Under the pieces are notes generated by a model. The model had not been told where the DNA came from. It saw nothing but the letters and a program-made list of their open reading frames with translations, and made no database searches. Below are positions 8,856 to 17,618 of a stretch of DNA of 64,000 nt, piece after piece. The DNA is taken from the NCBI GenBank assembly GCA_903896925.1, contig CAITZM010000190.1, positions 14,920 through 78,919 on the forward strand. The letters run 5' to 3'. Within the stretch, counting starts at the first letter, position 1, and every line of letters begins with the position of its first letter. A program made the translations under genes and the position numbers. Source of the DNA: an uncultured Lentisphaerota bacterium (GTDB lineage: Bacteria; Verrucomicrobiota; Kiritimatiellia; CAIQIC01).

Positions 8856-9945
8856 AACACCTGCAGTGGAAAAAACGGACAAGGACGACAAGAAGGTCCC
8901 GGCGGCCTTGAGCGCCGTGCTGGCGCAAATCCAGAAGGAATACGGCGAGGGCTCGATCATGCGGCTGGGCGAGGAACAGGGGCATGCGAAGATCCCGTTC
9001 ATCCCTACCGGCGCGCTGACGCTCGACATCGCCCTCGGCATCGGCGGCGTGCCGCGCGGCCGCATCGTCGAAATCTTCGGCCCGGAATCCTCCGGCAAGA
9101 CGACGCTGATGCTGCACATCATCGCCAATGCCCAAAAGGCCGGCGGTATCGCGGCGTTCATCGACACCGAGCACGCGCTCGACCCGAACTACGCCCGGAA
9201 GATCGGCGTCAACCTCAACGACCTGCTCGTCAGCCAGCCCGACTCCGGCGAGGAGGCGCTCAATATCGCCGACAGCCTGATCCGCAGCAACTCGCTGGAT
9301 GTCGTCGTCATCGATTCCGTCGCGGCGCTCGCGCCGAAGGCCGAGCTGGAAGGCCAGATCGGCGACTCGTTCGTCGGCCTCCAGGCGCGCCTGATGAGCC
9401 AGTCCATGCGCAAGCTGACCGGCGCGATCAGCAAGTCCAAGACCTGCTGCATCTTCACCAACCAGATCCGCGAAAAGATCGGCGTCATGTTCGGCAGCCC
9501 GGAGACCACGTCCGGCGGCCGCGCGCTCAAGTTCTACGCGTCGGTCCGTCTCGACATCCGCCGGCTCGCCAACCTCAAGGACAGCACCGGCCGCGCCTTC
9601 GGCAACCACGTCAAGGTCAAGGTGGTGAAGAACAAGGTGGCGCCGCCGTTCGCCGAGGCCGAATTCGACATCCTCTACGCCGAGGGCATCTCGTGGACCG
9701 GCTCCATCATCGACGCCGCCCTGCAGGTCGGCCTCCTGGATAAGCGCGGCACCTGGCTCTCGTTCGAGGGGCAGCAGCTCGGCCAGGGTCGCGACTCCGC
9801 GCGCGACAACATCAAGGACGATCCCGAACTGCAGGCGAAACTCGTCGCCGCCGTCAAGGCCAAGGCGCTGGAAATGTCCGCCTACGGCGGCACCCCGGCG
9901 CCGGCCGTGGCCCCGGTCGCAGCACCGGTTGCCAGCGACGAATAA
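8848..9945 (+). CDS. recA: recombinase RecA
   Basis: [10 protein letters not shown] Walker A, full-length RecA similarity ([50 protein letters not shown]). Confidence 0.98.
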   Translation: MAKTPAVEKTDKDDKKVPAALSAVLAQIQKEYGEGSIMRLGEEQGHAKIPFIPTGALTLDIALGIGGVPRGRIVEIFGPESSGKTTLMLHIIANAQKAGGIAAFIDTEHALDPNYARKIGVNLNDLLVSQPDSGEEALNIADSLIRSNSLDVVVIDSVAALAPKAELEGQIGDSFVGLQARLMSQSMRKLTGAISKSKTCCIFTNQIREKIGVMFGSPETTSGGRALKFYASVRLDIRRLANLKDSTGRAFGNHVKVKVVKNKVAPPFAEAEFDILYAEGISWTGSIIDAALQVGLLDKRGTWLSFEGQQLGQGRDSARDNIKDDPELQAKLVAAVKAKALEMSAYGGTPAPAVAPVAAPVASDE

Positions 9946-9967
9946 GCCGCAGCGCCAGCTGCACGAC

Positions 9968-10007
9968 ACCAGGCCGGGAGCCAGCTCCCGTGCCTGGTTT
10001 TTGTTTT
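9968..10007 (+). terminator. intrinsic terminator after recA
   Basis: Stem ACCAGGCCGGGAG / CTCCCGTGCCTGGT with a 4-nt loop, followed by TTTTTGTTTT. Confidence 0.8.
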
Positions 10008-10021
10008 CCGGGGTGCGTATG

Positions 10022-10123
10022 GTAGGGCGACGCTTGTCCGCCTCAGGCGTGGCCTCCGGCGGAGCCGCGCACTGTGGCGGCGACCTAGGGTCGCCGGCGG
10101 CGGCCTCAGGCCGCCGCTACAGC
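10022..10123. repeat. REP-like composite ending in a CTGTGGCGGC ... GCCGCTACAGC mini-element
   Basis: 10072-10123 is colinear with 39347-39399. 10022-10070 is colinear with 4431-4475. Confidence 0.7.
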
Positions 10124-10149
10124 AGACAGCTTGAAGAAAATGCTTCGCC

Positions 10150-11343
10150 CTAACCGCGGACTTCGAGGCAGGTGTTGCCGGCGTCTTCCACATCGCAAAC
10201 CAGCGCGGCATCGCTCGTCACGCCGGCCGCGCGCAACGCGAGCTCGACGGAATCCGCCCGGGTCGCGCCGAGGGTGCGCGCCTCGGCAGGCGTGAGGCCG
10301 CGGCTGACCAGAAACAGGCGGACGTTGCGACACGCGGAGTCGGTCAGATGCCGGAGGCGGACGGCCTTGTGGTCGCCGAGGCGATAACCGCGCGCTTGCA
10401 CAAGCGCGAGCGTGGCCCGGTGGTCGGGCGCCTGCCCGAGCAACTGGAAAAAGGCGTCCTGCCCGACGCCCTGTGGGCACGCGGCTTCAAGAATGAGCAC
10501 ACCGCCGGCACGCACGGCCGCCTCGTTGTTCTTGATGCCCTTGTCGGCCTGATAAAAACTGCAGGCGAGCGGCCCGGCGACGCGCGCGATGACCGCATCC
10601 GCCGGCCTCTCGATGGCGTGCAGATAGGTCTGCCGGACTTGGGGAATGAGCGCATCCAAGGCCGCTTCCGGCGTGCCGCCCGCGGCGGCATGGATCTCGT
10701 CACCGACCTGGAAGAGGTTGACGGTGGCCAGGCGACGGCCGGCGGCCAGGGTGCGCAACAGCGCGAGCACGCCCTGATGGATCGGGGAGGTCTCCGGATG
10801 GCCGGGACGGCACGCCGGCTCCATGGCGCCCGCGTGGTTGCGCTCGATGTCGGCATAGGCCGCGCAGCCGATGGTCAGCGTTTTGTGGGCGCCGGTGTAG
10901 CCGGCAAAATAGTGCGGTTCCACGCTGCCGATGGCCAGCACGGTGTGCGCCGCCGCCAACCAGGGATGCGCGCGCCAGCCGCCGAGGTCGACCAGGTCCG
11001 CCGCGCGCGCATCGTGCCAGCCGATGGCCGTGAACCCGAGCCGCCGCAACGGCGCCTCGAAGGCCGCCTGCGCCGGCGCCGAAAAGCGGTGGCTGCCCGT
11101 GGCGATCAGCAGGCGCATGGCGGGGAAGTCCAGAAAAGCGCGGGCACACTCCAGCACGCGTACCGAATCCGTGCCGCGTTGGGGGTCGTTGATGACCACC
11201 AGGTCCGGAGATGAGCCAGCCAACGAGGCGCGGGCGACCTCCACCGCTTCCGCCAGCGCCGCGGGGTGGAGGCTGGTGAGCAACGGCCGGAACTCCCTGC
11301 GCACCGGCATCCGATCTGGTCCTGCTTGGTTCATAGTCAGCAC
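10150..11343 (-). CDS. LarA-like nickel-pincer-dependent racemase/epimerase family protein (DUF2088)
   Basis: Colinear with L. plantarum LarA motifs as I recall them: INDPQRGTDS (cf SDHTRP), IATGSHR (cf ATGFHR), EPHYFAGYTGAHK (cf ESHFFAGFSGGRK), ERNHAG (cf MANH). Confidence 0.75.
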   Translation of the reverse strand: MLTMNQAGPDRMPVRREFRPLLTSLHPAALAEAVEVARASLAGSSPDLVVINDPQRGTDSVRVLECARAFLDFPAMRLLIATGSHRFSAPAQAAFEAPLRRLGFTAIGWHDARAADLVDLGGWRAHPWLAAAHTVLAIGSVEPHYFAGYTGAHKTLTIGCAAYADIERNHAGAMEPACRPGHPETSPIHQGVLALLRTLAAGRRLATVNLFQVGDEIHAAAGGTPEAALDALIPQVRQTYLHAIERPADAVIARVAGPLACSFYQADKGIKNNEAAVRAGGVLILEAACPQGVGQDAFFQLLGQAPDHRATLALVQARGYRLGDHKAVRLRHLTDSACRNVRLFLVSRGLTPAEARTLGATRADSVELALRAAGVTSDAALVCDVEDAGNTCLEVRG

Positions 11344-11405
11344 TCGACATCGGCCAAAATGCAGATACTATGAATGACGTTCTCTGCATTGCAAACCGAA
11401 ATTCA

Positions 11406-12359
11406 ATGAATACTGAATTCAACAAGATTCTGGTGACGGGCGCGCAAGGTTTTCTGGCTTCGCACATCATGCCGCTGCTGGGGCAGGCGTTCCCCTCCGC
11501 CCAGGTGGTCGGCGTGGGCCGGAAGGACTACGACCTGCTGGATGCCTGGGCGCCGGAACAGATGTTCAAGGACCTGCAGCCGGACTGCGTCGTGCATCTC
11601 GCCGCGAAATCCGGCGGCATCCTCGACAACCGCCATCGTCCTGCGGACTATTTCTACCAGAACCTCGCCATGAACACGGCGGTGTTGCATGAAGCCTACC
11701 GCGCGGGCGTGAAGAAATTCCTGACACTGATGGGCGGCTGCTCCTACCCCGCCAAGGCCGTCTCGCCCATCGGCGAAGACCAGATGTGGAACGGCTTCCC
11801 GCAAATCGACAGCGCCGGCTATTCCACGGCCAAGAAAATGCTGCTGGTGCAATCGTGGGCCTACCGGCAGCAGCACGGCTTCAATTCGGTCGTGCTGGTG
11901 CCCGGCAACGTGTATGGCGAGGGTGACAACTTCAACCTGACGCAGGCGCACGTCATCCCCGCGCTGCTGCGGAAGTACCTCGAAGCCAAGGAGCGCGGCC
12001 AGCCGGAGATCGTGGCCTTCGGCACCGGGCGGCCGACGCGCGATTTCGTCTATGCCGGCGACGTGGCGGCGACCATCCCGTGGTTCCTGAAAAACTACGA
12101 CAGCAGCGAGCCCATCAACATCTCCAGCGGCACGCGCATCACGATCAAGGAACTGGCGGAGACCATCAAGGCGGTGACGGGGTACGAGGGCCAGATTGTC
12201 TGGGATACGAAGCAGCCCGACGGCCAGATGGATAAAATCTACGATGTGTCGCGGCTGCATGCGCTGGGGCTGAACTGCCCGACGTCGCTCCGCGCGGGTC
12301 TGCAGAAGACGCTGACCTGGTTCCTCCGGGCGCGGACCGAAGGCCGGGTGCGGCTGTGA
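11406..12359 (+). CDS. GDP-L-fucose synthase-like NDP-sugar 3,5-epimerase/4-reductase (Fcl/ColC family SDR)
   Basis: ILVTGAQGFLASH, YDLLD, PDCVVHLAAKSGGI, GVKKFLTLMGGCSYP, YSTAKKML, VPGNVYGEGDNF. Start at MNTEFNK. Confidence 0.75.
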   Translation: MNTEFNKILVTGAQGFLASHIMPLLGQAFPSAQVVGVGRKDYDLLDAWAPEQMFKDLQPDCVVHLAAKSGGILDNRHRPADYFYQNLAMNTAVLHEAYRAGVKKFLTLMGGCSYPAKAVSPIGEDQMWNGFPQIDSAGYSTAKKMLLVQSWAYRQQHGFNSVVLVPGNVYGEGDNFNLTQAHVIPALLRKYLEAKERGQPEIVAFGTGRPTRDFVYAGDVAATIPWFLKNYDSSEPINISSGTRITIKELAETIKAVTGYEGQIVWDTKQPDGQMDKIYDVSRLHALGLNCPTSLRAGLQKTLTWFLRARTEGRVRL

Positions 12360-13015
12360 GGTTGCGCCAGGATCTCTGCCTCGACCGTTTCCAGCTCATC
12401 GGCGATTTGGTCCGGGGCAAGCGGGTCTTGGACATCGGCTGCGTCGAGCACAATGCGATCAACGCCGAGCGGAACTACTGGCTGCACGAATTCGTCCGCC
12501 GGAACGCGGCCGAAACGCTCGGGCTGGATGCCAGCGCCGACCAGATCAAGATCCTGCAGGGGAAGGGTTACAACGTCATCTGCGCCGATGCCACCAATTT
12601 TCACCTCCAGCGGACCTTCGACATGATCGTGGCCGGCGAGACGCTGGAACACCTGGCGAATGCCGGCGGCTTCATGCAGTGTGCGCGCGAACATCTGGCC
12701 AAGGACGGGCGCCTGATCCTGACCACGCCCAACGCCAACTGCTGGAGCTATTCGCTGGAGAACCTGCTGTTGGGGCATGAACTCGACAACGAGGATCACA
12801 TCGCCCTCTATACTCCGCGCACGATCACCAGCCTGCTCCAGCGCTATGGGTTTCAGGTGGAGCGTTTTGTTTTCATCGCGCAAAACACCGCCTACACCCA
12901 TGACAACCTGCTGATCAGGGGCCTGGTGCATCTGAAGCAGGCGGGCCAGGTGCTGCTCGGTCTGGTGCGCCCGAGCCTGTGCCAGCATTTTATGACGATC
13001 GCGAAACCGGTATGA
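12356..13015 (+). CDS. class I SAM-dependent methyltransferase
   Basis: VLDIGCVEH motif I and IVAGETLEHL post-I/II motifs. The GTG start overlaps the upstream stop (GTGA). Confidence 0.75.
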   Translation: MRLRQDLCLDRFQLIGDLVRGKRVLDIGCVEHNAINAERNYWLHEFVRRNAAETLGLDASADQIKILQGKGYNVICADATNFHLQRTFDMIVAGETLEHLANAGGFMQCAREHLAKDGRLILTTPNANCWSYSLENLLLGHELDNEDHIALYTPRTITSLLQRYGFQVERFVFIAQNTAYTHDNLLIRGLVHLKQAGQVLLGLVRPSLCQHFMTIAKPV

Positions 13016-13851
13016 GCCAGGGTACAGAGAAAAGTTGTCTGGTGCTGGGCGGCAAAGGGTTTGTCGGGTCGGCCATCGTCGCCGAGGCCCGGCGGCGCGG
13101 CTATCGGACGACCGTGGTGGACCAGGACGAATATGCGGCCACCGTCGGCACCGCCTGCGACCTGCTGATCAACGCGAACGGCAACTCCAAGAAGTTCCTC
13201 GCCACCCAGGATCCCAAGCTGGATTTCGACCTGTCCATCCGTTCCGTGGCGCGTTCGCTGCAGGACTTCAAGGCCGGGCGTTATGTGTTTCTCTCCAGCA
13301 TGGACGTGTACTACCCGCACGTCCGCCTGCCCGAGGAAAACGCCGAGACCGTGCCGCTCGATGCGGCCCGGCAGTCGCCCTACGGTTTTCACAAGGCGCT
13401 GGCGGAGCAGCTGGTGCGGTTCTACGCCCGCGACTGGCTGATCTTCCGCATGGCCGGTTTCATCGGCCAGGGCTTGTGGAAAAACTCCATCCATGACCTG
13501 CTGACCGGACAGCCGTTGCGGGTGCATCCCGATTCCAGCTACCAGTACCTGAACACCACCGCGCTGGCGTCCGCCGTGTTGGATATGGCCGCGAAGGCCG
13601 AGGCCCACAACGAGCTTTTCAACATCGCCGGCGAAGGGCTCGTCAGCCTGCGCGAGGTGGCCGGCTGGATCCCCGGCTGCCAGCTGCCGCCGGCCTGGGA
13701 CGCCCTGCCGCTGGAGCGCTACGAACTGAACACGGCCAAGCTGAGCCGCTGGACGGCGCTGCCGCCGACCCGCGACGCGGTGCGCGCGTTCGTGCAGGAC
13801 TGGCTGGCCACGCACGGCGCCGGTGCCGCAAGTCCCCGAGGTGCCTCATGA
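13012..13851 (+). CDS. NAD-dependent epimerase/dehydratase family SDR
   Basis: CLVLGGKGFVGSAIV Rossmann motif and YGFHKALAE (YxxxK). ATGA overlap with the upstream gene. Confidence 0.75.
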   Translation: MSQGTEKSCLVLGGKGFVGSAIVAEARRRGYRTTVVDQDEYAATVGTACDLLINANGNSKKFLATQDPKLDFDLSIRSVARSLQDFKAGRYVFLSSMDVYYPHVRLPEENAETVPLDAARQSPYGFHKALAEQLVRFYARDWLIFRMAGFIGQGLWKNSIHDLLTGQPLRVHPDSSYQYLNTTALASAVLDMAAKAEAHNELFNIAGEGLVSLREVAGWIPGCQLPPAWDALPLERYELNTAKLSRWTALPPTRDAVRAFVQDWLATHGAGAASPRGAS

Positions 13852-14825
13852 TCATCGCCCGCACTCCCTTCCGGGTCAGCTTCTTCGGCGGCGGCACGGA
13901 TTTCCAGGACCACTACACCCAGCACGGCGGCGCCGTCCTGCTGACGACGATCAACCAGTACTGTTATCTGTCCATCCACCGGCTCAGCCCGTTCTTCAAA
14001 CACCGCTTTCGCGCCAGCTACGCCCAGACGGAATCCGTGCTCAAGCCGGAAGAATTCCAGCACCCGCTGGTCCGCGAGTGCCTGCTGCACCTGGGCGTGC
14101 AGGAGGGCGTGGAAATTTCGCACGTGGCCGATCTGCCGGGCCGGACCGGGCTGGGCACCTCGTCCTCGTTCACCGTGGGGCTGCTGAACGCCCTCCACGT
14201 CTGGCGCGGCGAGCGTGTCACTGCGGAAGACCTGGCGCGGGAGGCGATCCATGTGGAGCGCGTGCGCGTCGGCGATACCGGCGGACATCAGGACCAATAC
14301 GCCGCGGCCTATGGCGGCTTCCTGCGCTTGGATTTTTCCGCCGGGCCACGGACCACGGTGCGCCAGCTCGCGTTGCCGGCCGCGCGGCTGCTGGAGTTGG
14401 AACAATGCCTGATGCTCTTTTACACGGGGATCGAGCAGTCGGCGGAAAACATCCTGACCCACCAGCGGCAGCGCACGGCGGATAACCTGCCCTACCTGCG
14501 GCAGATGCGGGACATGGTGGACGAGGCCGAGCGCATCCTCACCGACGGACAGGATATGGCCCACTTCGGACGCCTGCTGCACCACACGTGGGAACTGAAG
14601 AAGAAGCTGGCCCAAGGCATCAGCAATACGATCGTGGACCAGGCGTATGAAGCCGCCCGGAAGCACGGCGCCTTGGGCGGCAAGCTGCTCGGCGCCGGCG
14701 GACGCGGCTTCCTGTTGCTCTTCGCCCCGACGGATCGGCACGCCGCCATCCGCCAAGCCCTGCCGACCTTGCAGAGCGTGCCCTTCCGCTTCAGCAGCTG
14801 CGGCAGCGAGATCATTTTTCGTTAG
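13848..14825 (+). CDS. GHMP sugar kinase, HddA/fucokinase-like
   Basis: RTPFRVSFFGGGTDFQDHY...GGAVLLTTINQY, PGRTGLGTSSSFTVGLL (GHMP motif II), GGKLLGAGGRGFLLLF. ATGA overlap with the upstream gene. Confidence 0.8.
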   Translation: MIIARTPFRVSFFGGGTDFQDHYTQHGGAVLLTTINQYCYLSIHRLSPFFKHRFRASYAQTESVLKPEEFQHPLVRECLLHLGVQEGVEISHVADLPGRTGLGTSSSFTVGLLNALHVWRGERVTAEDLAREAIHVERVRVGDTGGHQDQYAAAYGGFLRLDFSAGPRTTVRQLALPAARLLELEQCLMLFYTGIEQSAENILTHQRQRTADNLPYLRQMRDMVDEAERILTDGQDMAHFGRLLHHTWELKKKLAQGISNTIVDQAYEAARKHGALGGKLLGAGGRGFLLLFAPTDRHAAIRQALPTLQSVPFRFSSCGSEIIFR

Positions 14826-14834
14826 GCCGTCCGC

Positions 14835-16031
14835 ATGAGCGTTCGCAAGCCCAAAATCGCGCTCTGGTTCCGCTACGGCCCCGCCGAGCATTCCGAACTG
14901 TTCCACGCCATCCCGCAAATCGTCGAAGCTTTGTCCCGGCACGCCGAGGTCCACTATTACGGGTTGCGCTCCCGCAAACCGTTGCCGCCGGCGATCGCCC
15001 AGCATGCGGTGATCCATCAGCTGCCCTTTCACGTGCAGCGCTCGGATGCCCGCGACAAGCTCTGGAAGACGCTGCTCTGGATGGCCTGCCTGCCGTGGGT
15101 GGCCCTGCGCTGCCGGCTGACCGGCGTGCGGGCCGTATACATTGACGAGACGGTGCCCCTCACGGCGCCCATCGCCCGCCTGTTCTTCGGGTCGCGCGTG
15201 GCCTTCTCGGTCGTGGATTTCTTCCCGGAAATTTACTGGGGCGAAAAACCGGCGTTGCGCCCGCTGGTGCGCCTGATCCGCGCCCTGGATTTTGCGGCCT
15301 GGCGCCGGCTGCCCGTGCTGTTCACCCGCGCGCACGCCACGAAGGCCTATCTCAAGTCCAACGGCGTGGTGCCAGAACGGGTCTACCCGGTCTACGACCC
15401 CTGCGACTTTGAGGTCTATCACCCCGAAGACCGCGCGGCCGCCCGCCGGCGTTTTGGATACGGATCCGACGAGATCGTGCTGGTGCACCACGGCATCCTG
15501 CACCCCAACAAGGGCAATGACCGGATCCTGCGCGGTCTGGCCACGTTGAAGGCCGACTATCCCCAGCTGCGTTATCTGCTCGTGGGTGACGGCGCGGAAA
15601 TGGGCCGCCTCAAAGCGCTGGCCGCCGAACTGGGGCTGACCGACTGCGTCCAATTCACGGGCTGGCTGCCAAGCATGAAAGACGTCAACACGGCCTTGAA
15701 TGCGGGCGACATCGGGCTGGTCATGCGGGTGGGCATGAAGCATGACGATTTCCACGCCACCGGGGCCTTGGTGCACAGCATGGCCTGCGGCCTGCCCATT
15801 CTTTCCGCCCGTCTGGGCGGCACCTCGGAAATTGTGCGCGAGGGCCGCGAGGGGTTGCTCTTCGATCCGCAGGAAATGTCCGACTTCGCCGACAAACTGA
15901 AACAGTTGATCGCAGACCCGGGCTTGCGCGCAGCCTGCGGGGAACGCGCCTTGCAGCGGGCGCACGAACTCTTCGCCATGGAGCGGGTCACCCGCGACAC
16001 GGTCGAGCCCCTGCTGACCCTGCTGCGCTGA
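14835..16031 (+). CDS. glycosyltransferase family 4 (GT-B)
   Basis: C-terminal GT1/GT4 signature: LLVGDGAEMGRLKALAAELGL...VQFTGWLP, ACGLPILSARLGGTSEIVREGREGLLFDP. Confidence 0.85.
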   Translation: MSVRKPKIALWFRYGPAEHSELFHAIPQIVEALSRHAEVHYYGLRSRKPLPPAIAQHAVIHQLPFHVQRSDARDKLWKTLLWMACLPWVALRCRLTGVRAVYIDETVPLTAPIARLFFGSRVAFSVVDFFPEIYWGEKPALRPLVRLIRALDFAAWRRLPVLFTRAHATKAYLKSNGVVPERVYPVYDPCDFEVYHPEDRAAARRRFGYGSDEIVLVHHGILHPNKGNDRILRGLATLKADYPQLRYLLVGDGAEMGRLKALAAELGLTDCVQFTGWLPSMKDVNTALNAGDIGLVMRVGMKHDDFHATGALVHSMACGLPILSARLGGTSEIVREGREGLLFDPQEMSDFADKLKQLIADPGLRAACGERALQRAHELFAMERVTRDTVEPLLTLLR

Positions 16032-16046
16032 CCGGCCGCGCCGCCG

Positions 16047-17549
16047 TCAGAACATCAGCTTCTTGTCACCAAAGAACCGGTCCTTGTGCATCAGGATCCA
16101 TTTGATGGCGCGGTATTCCAGCGGCAGCACGAAACACCCTGTGGAGATGCGAAAGCGGCTGAGCTGATACATGGCGCGCTCGGCGAGCAGGGCCGGCCAC
16201 AGCAAATATTTGGGCGCCACGGCCTTGACCACGTTGCGTGCGTGGCCCGCCAGGAACATGAAGTAGATGGACGCCGCGTCCGTGAACTGCACGTATTTCA
16301 AGGGAATCCACGGGGCGGTGTGCGCGTGGAACTCGTATTGCGTCCAGCCTTCCAGGCTCGTCGGCGACCGGTAGCCCAGCTTTTCAGCCTCGGGCAGGAA
16401 ATGGGTGCCGGGCAGGGGCGTGTAGGCAAACAGATGGAACTGCGAAACCAGCCCGGTCTTGCGCAACTTGTTGATGAAGCCCAGCGTCGACTTGAAGTCC
16501 TCCTCGATGGGCGCCCCCGGGACGCCGATGATGAAGGAACACTGCACCCGGATGCCGTGCTTGTGCAGGCGCGGCAGCACCTCCAAGGTGTCGTTGACAC
16601 TGGCGCCTTTGCTCATGAGCGCCAACGTATCGTCGGAACCGGATTCCACACCCAGGAAAATATCCTGCAGCCCCGACTCGCGCATCAAGGCAAACGTCTC
16701 GTCCTTGTATTTCCGGAGCTGATCCGGCCGGCCCGAGGTGCCACCCCACGTCAGCTTCAGCGGTTTCAACCGCTCGCAAAACTCGATCACGCGCTTTTCG
16801 TTGACGTAGAAATTGGAGTCGGAAATGGTCACGCCGTCGAAGTGATATTTTTCCTTGAGCGTGACGATGTCGTTGATGATGCGGTCCACCGTCAGGCTGC
16901 GCCAGCGCCGGTGGTACAGCGCCTCTTCGCCGCAAAATTTGCAGTTGCCGGTGCAACCTTCCGAGGTGAGATAGTAGAGGGTTTTTTCCGCAAAACTGGT
17001 CTTTACCAGGTACTCTTCGAAATTGGGCAGCAGGTGATAGGGGATGGGCGGAAATACATTCAGGTCCTCCCGCGCCCGGGGGGTGGTGAAGACCATCTGT
17101 CCATCGCGCTTGAAGCCCAGCCCGGCGATGCCCGCCAGCTCGCGCTCCTCCGCGACCGCTGCGACCAGTTCGGAAAAGGTCCGCGGCCCTTGCCCGATGA
17201 CCACGACATCGACCAGGGGATGGGTCAGCGTCTGCTCCGGCAGCAGCGTGGGATGGCAGCCGCCGCAGACCAGCAAGACCTTCGGGTTCGCCTCTTTGGC
17301 GAGCTTGGCGGCCTCCAGCATCGTGCTGATTTGAAAGCCCGTCATGCAGGTGATGCCACAGATATCGGCCTCGCGGGCGGCTTCCTGGATATGCTGCGCG
17401 AACTGCTTGTCGTGCCAATCCAGCACGGTGATCTGGTGCAGGCTGCTATCCACCATGGCCAACGTCGACAACACGGACAACGGCGGCCCGTCATAGGGCA
17501 TCTTGGGCGAGGCCATCGGATTGATCATCAAGATCCGTAGTTTTTTCAT
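16047..17549 (-). CDS. B12-binding-domain radical SAM protein (class B), paralog 1
   Basis: N-terminal flavodoxin-like region (ICGITCMTGFQ, LLVCGGCHPTLLPE), then CTGNCKFC (CX3CX2C) and FLGVESGSDDTL. Confidence 0.85.
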   Translation of the reverse strand: MKKLRILMINPMASPKMPYDGPPLSVLSTLAMVDSSLHQITVLDWHDKQFAQHIQEAAREADICGITCMTGFQISTMLEAAKLAKEANPKVLLVCGGCHPTLLPEQTLTHPLVDVVVIGQGPRTFSELVAAVAEERELAGIAGLGFKRDGQMVFTTPRAREDLNVFPPIPYHLLPNFEEYLVKTSFAEKTLYYLTSEGCTGNCKFCGEEALYHRRWRSLTVDRIINDIVTLKEKYHFDGVTISDSNFYVNEKRVIEFCERLKPLKLTWGGTSGRPDQLRKYKDETFALMRESGLQDIFLGVESGSDDTLALMSKGASVNDTLEVLPRLHKHGIRVQCSFIIGVPGAPIEEDFKSTLGFINKLRKTGLVSQFHLFAYTPLPGTHFLPEAEKLGYRSPTSLEGWTQYEFHAHTAPWIPLKYVQFTDAASIYFMFLAGHARNVVKAVAPKYLLWPALLAERAMYQLSRFRISTGCFVLPLEYRAIKWILMHKDRFFGDKKLMF

Positions 17550-17618
17550 GACTGTCCCCTGGCGCGTCCCTGTCGAAATTCAAAACCAATGCACGTATGG
17601 ATCATATCGCCACCGCGG

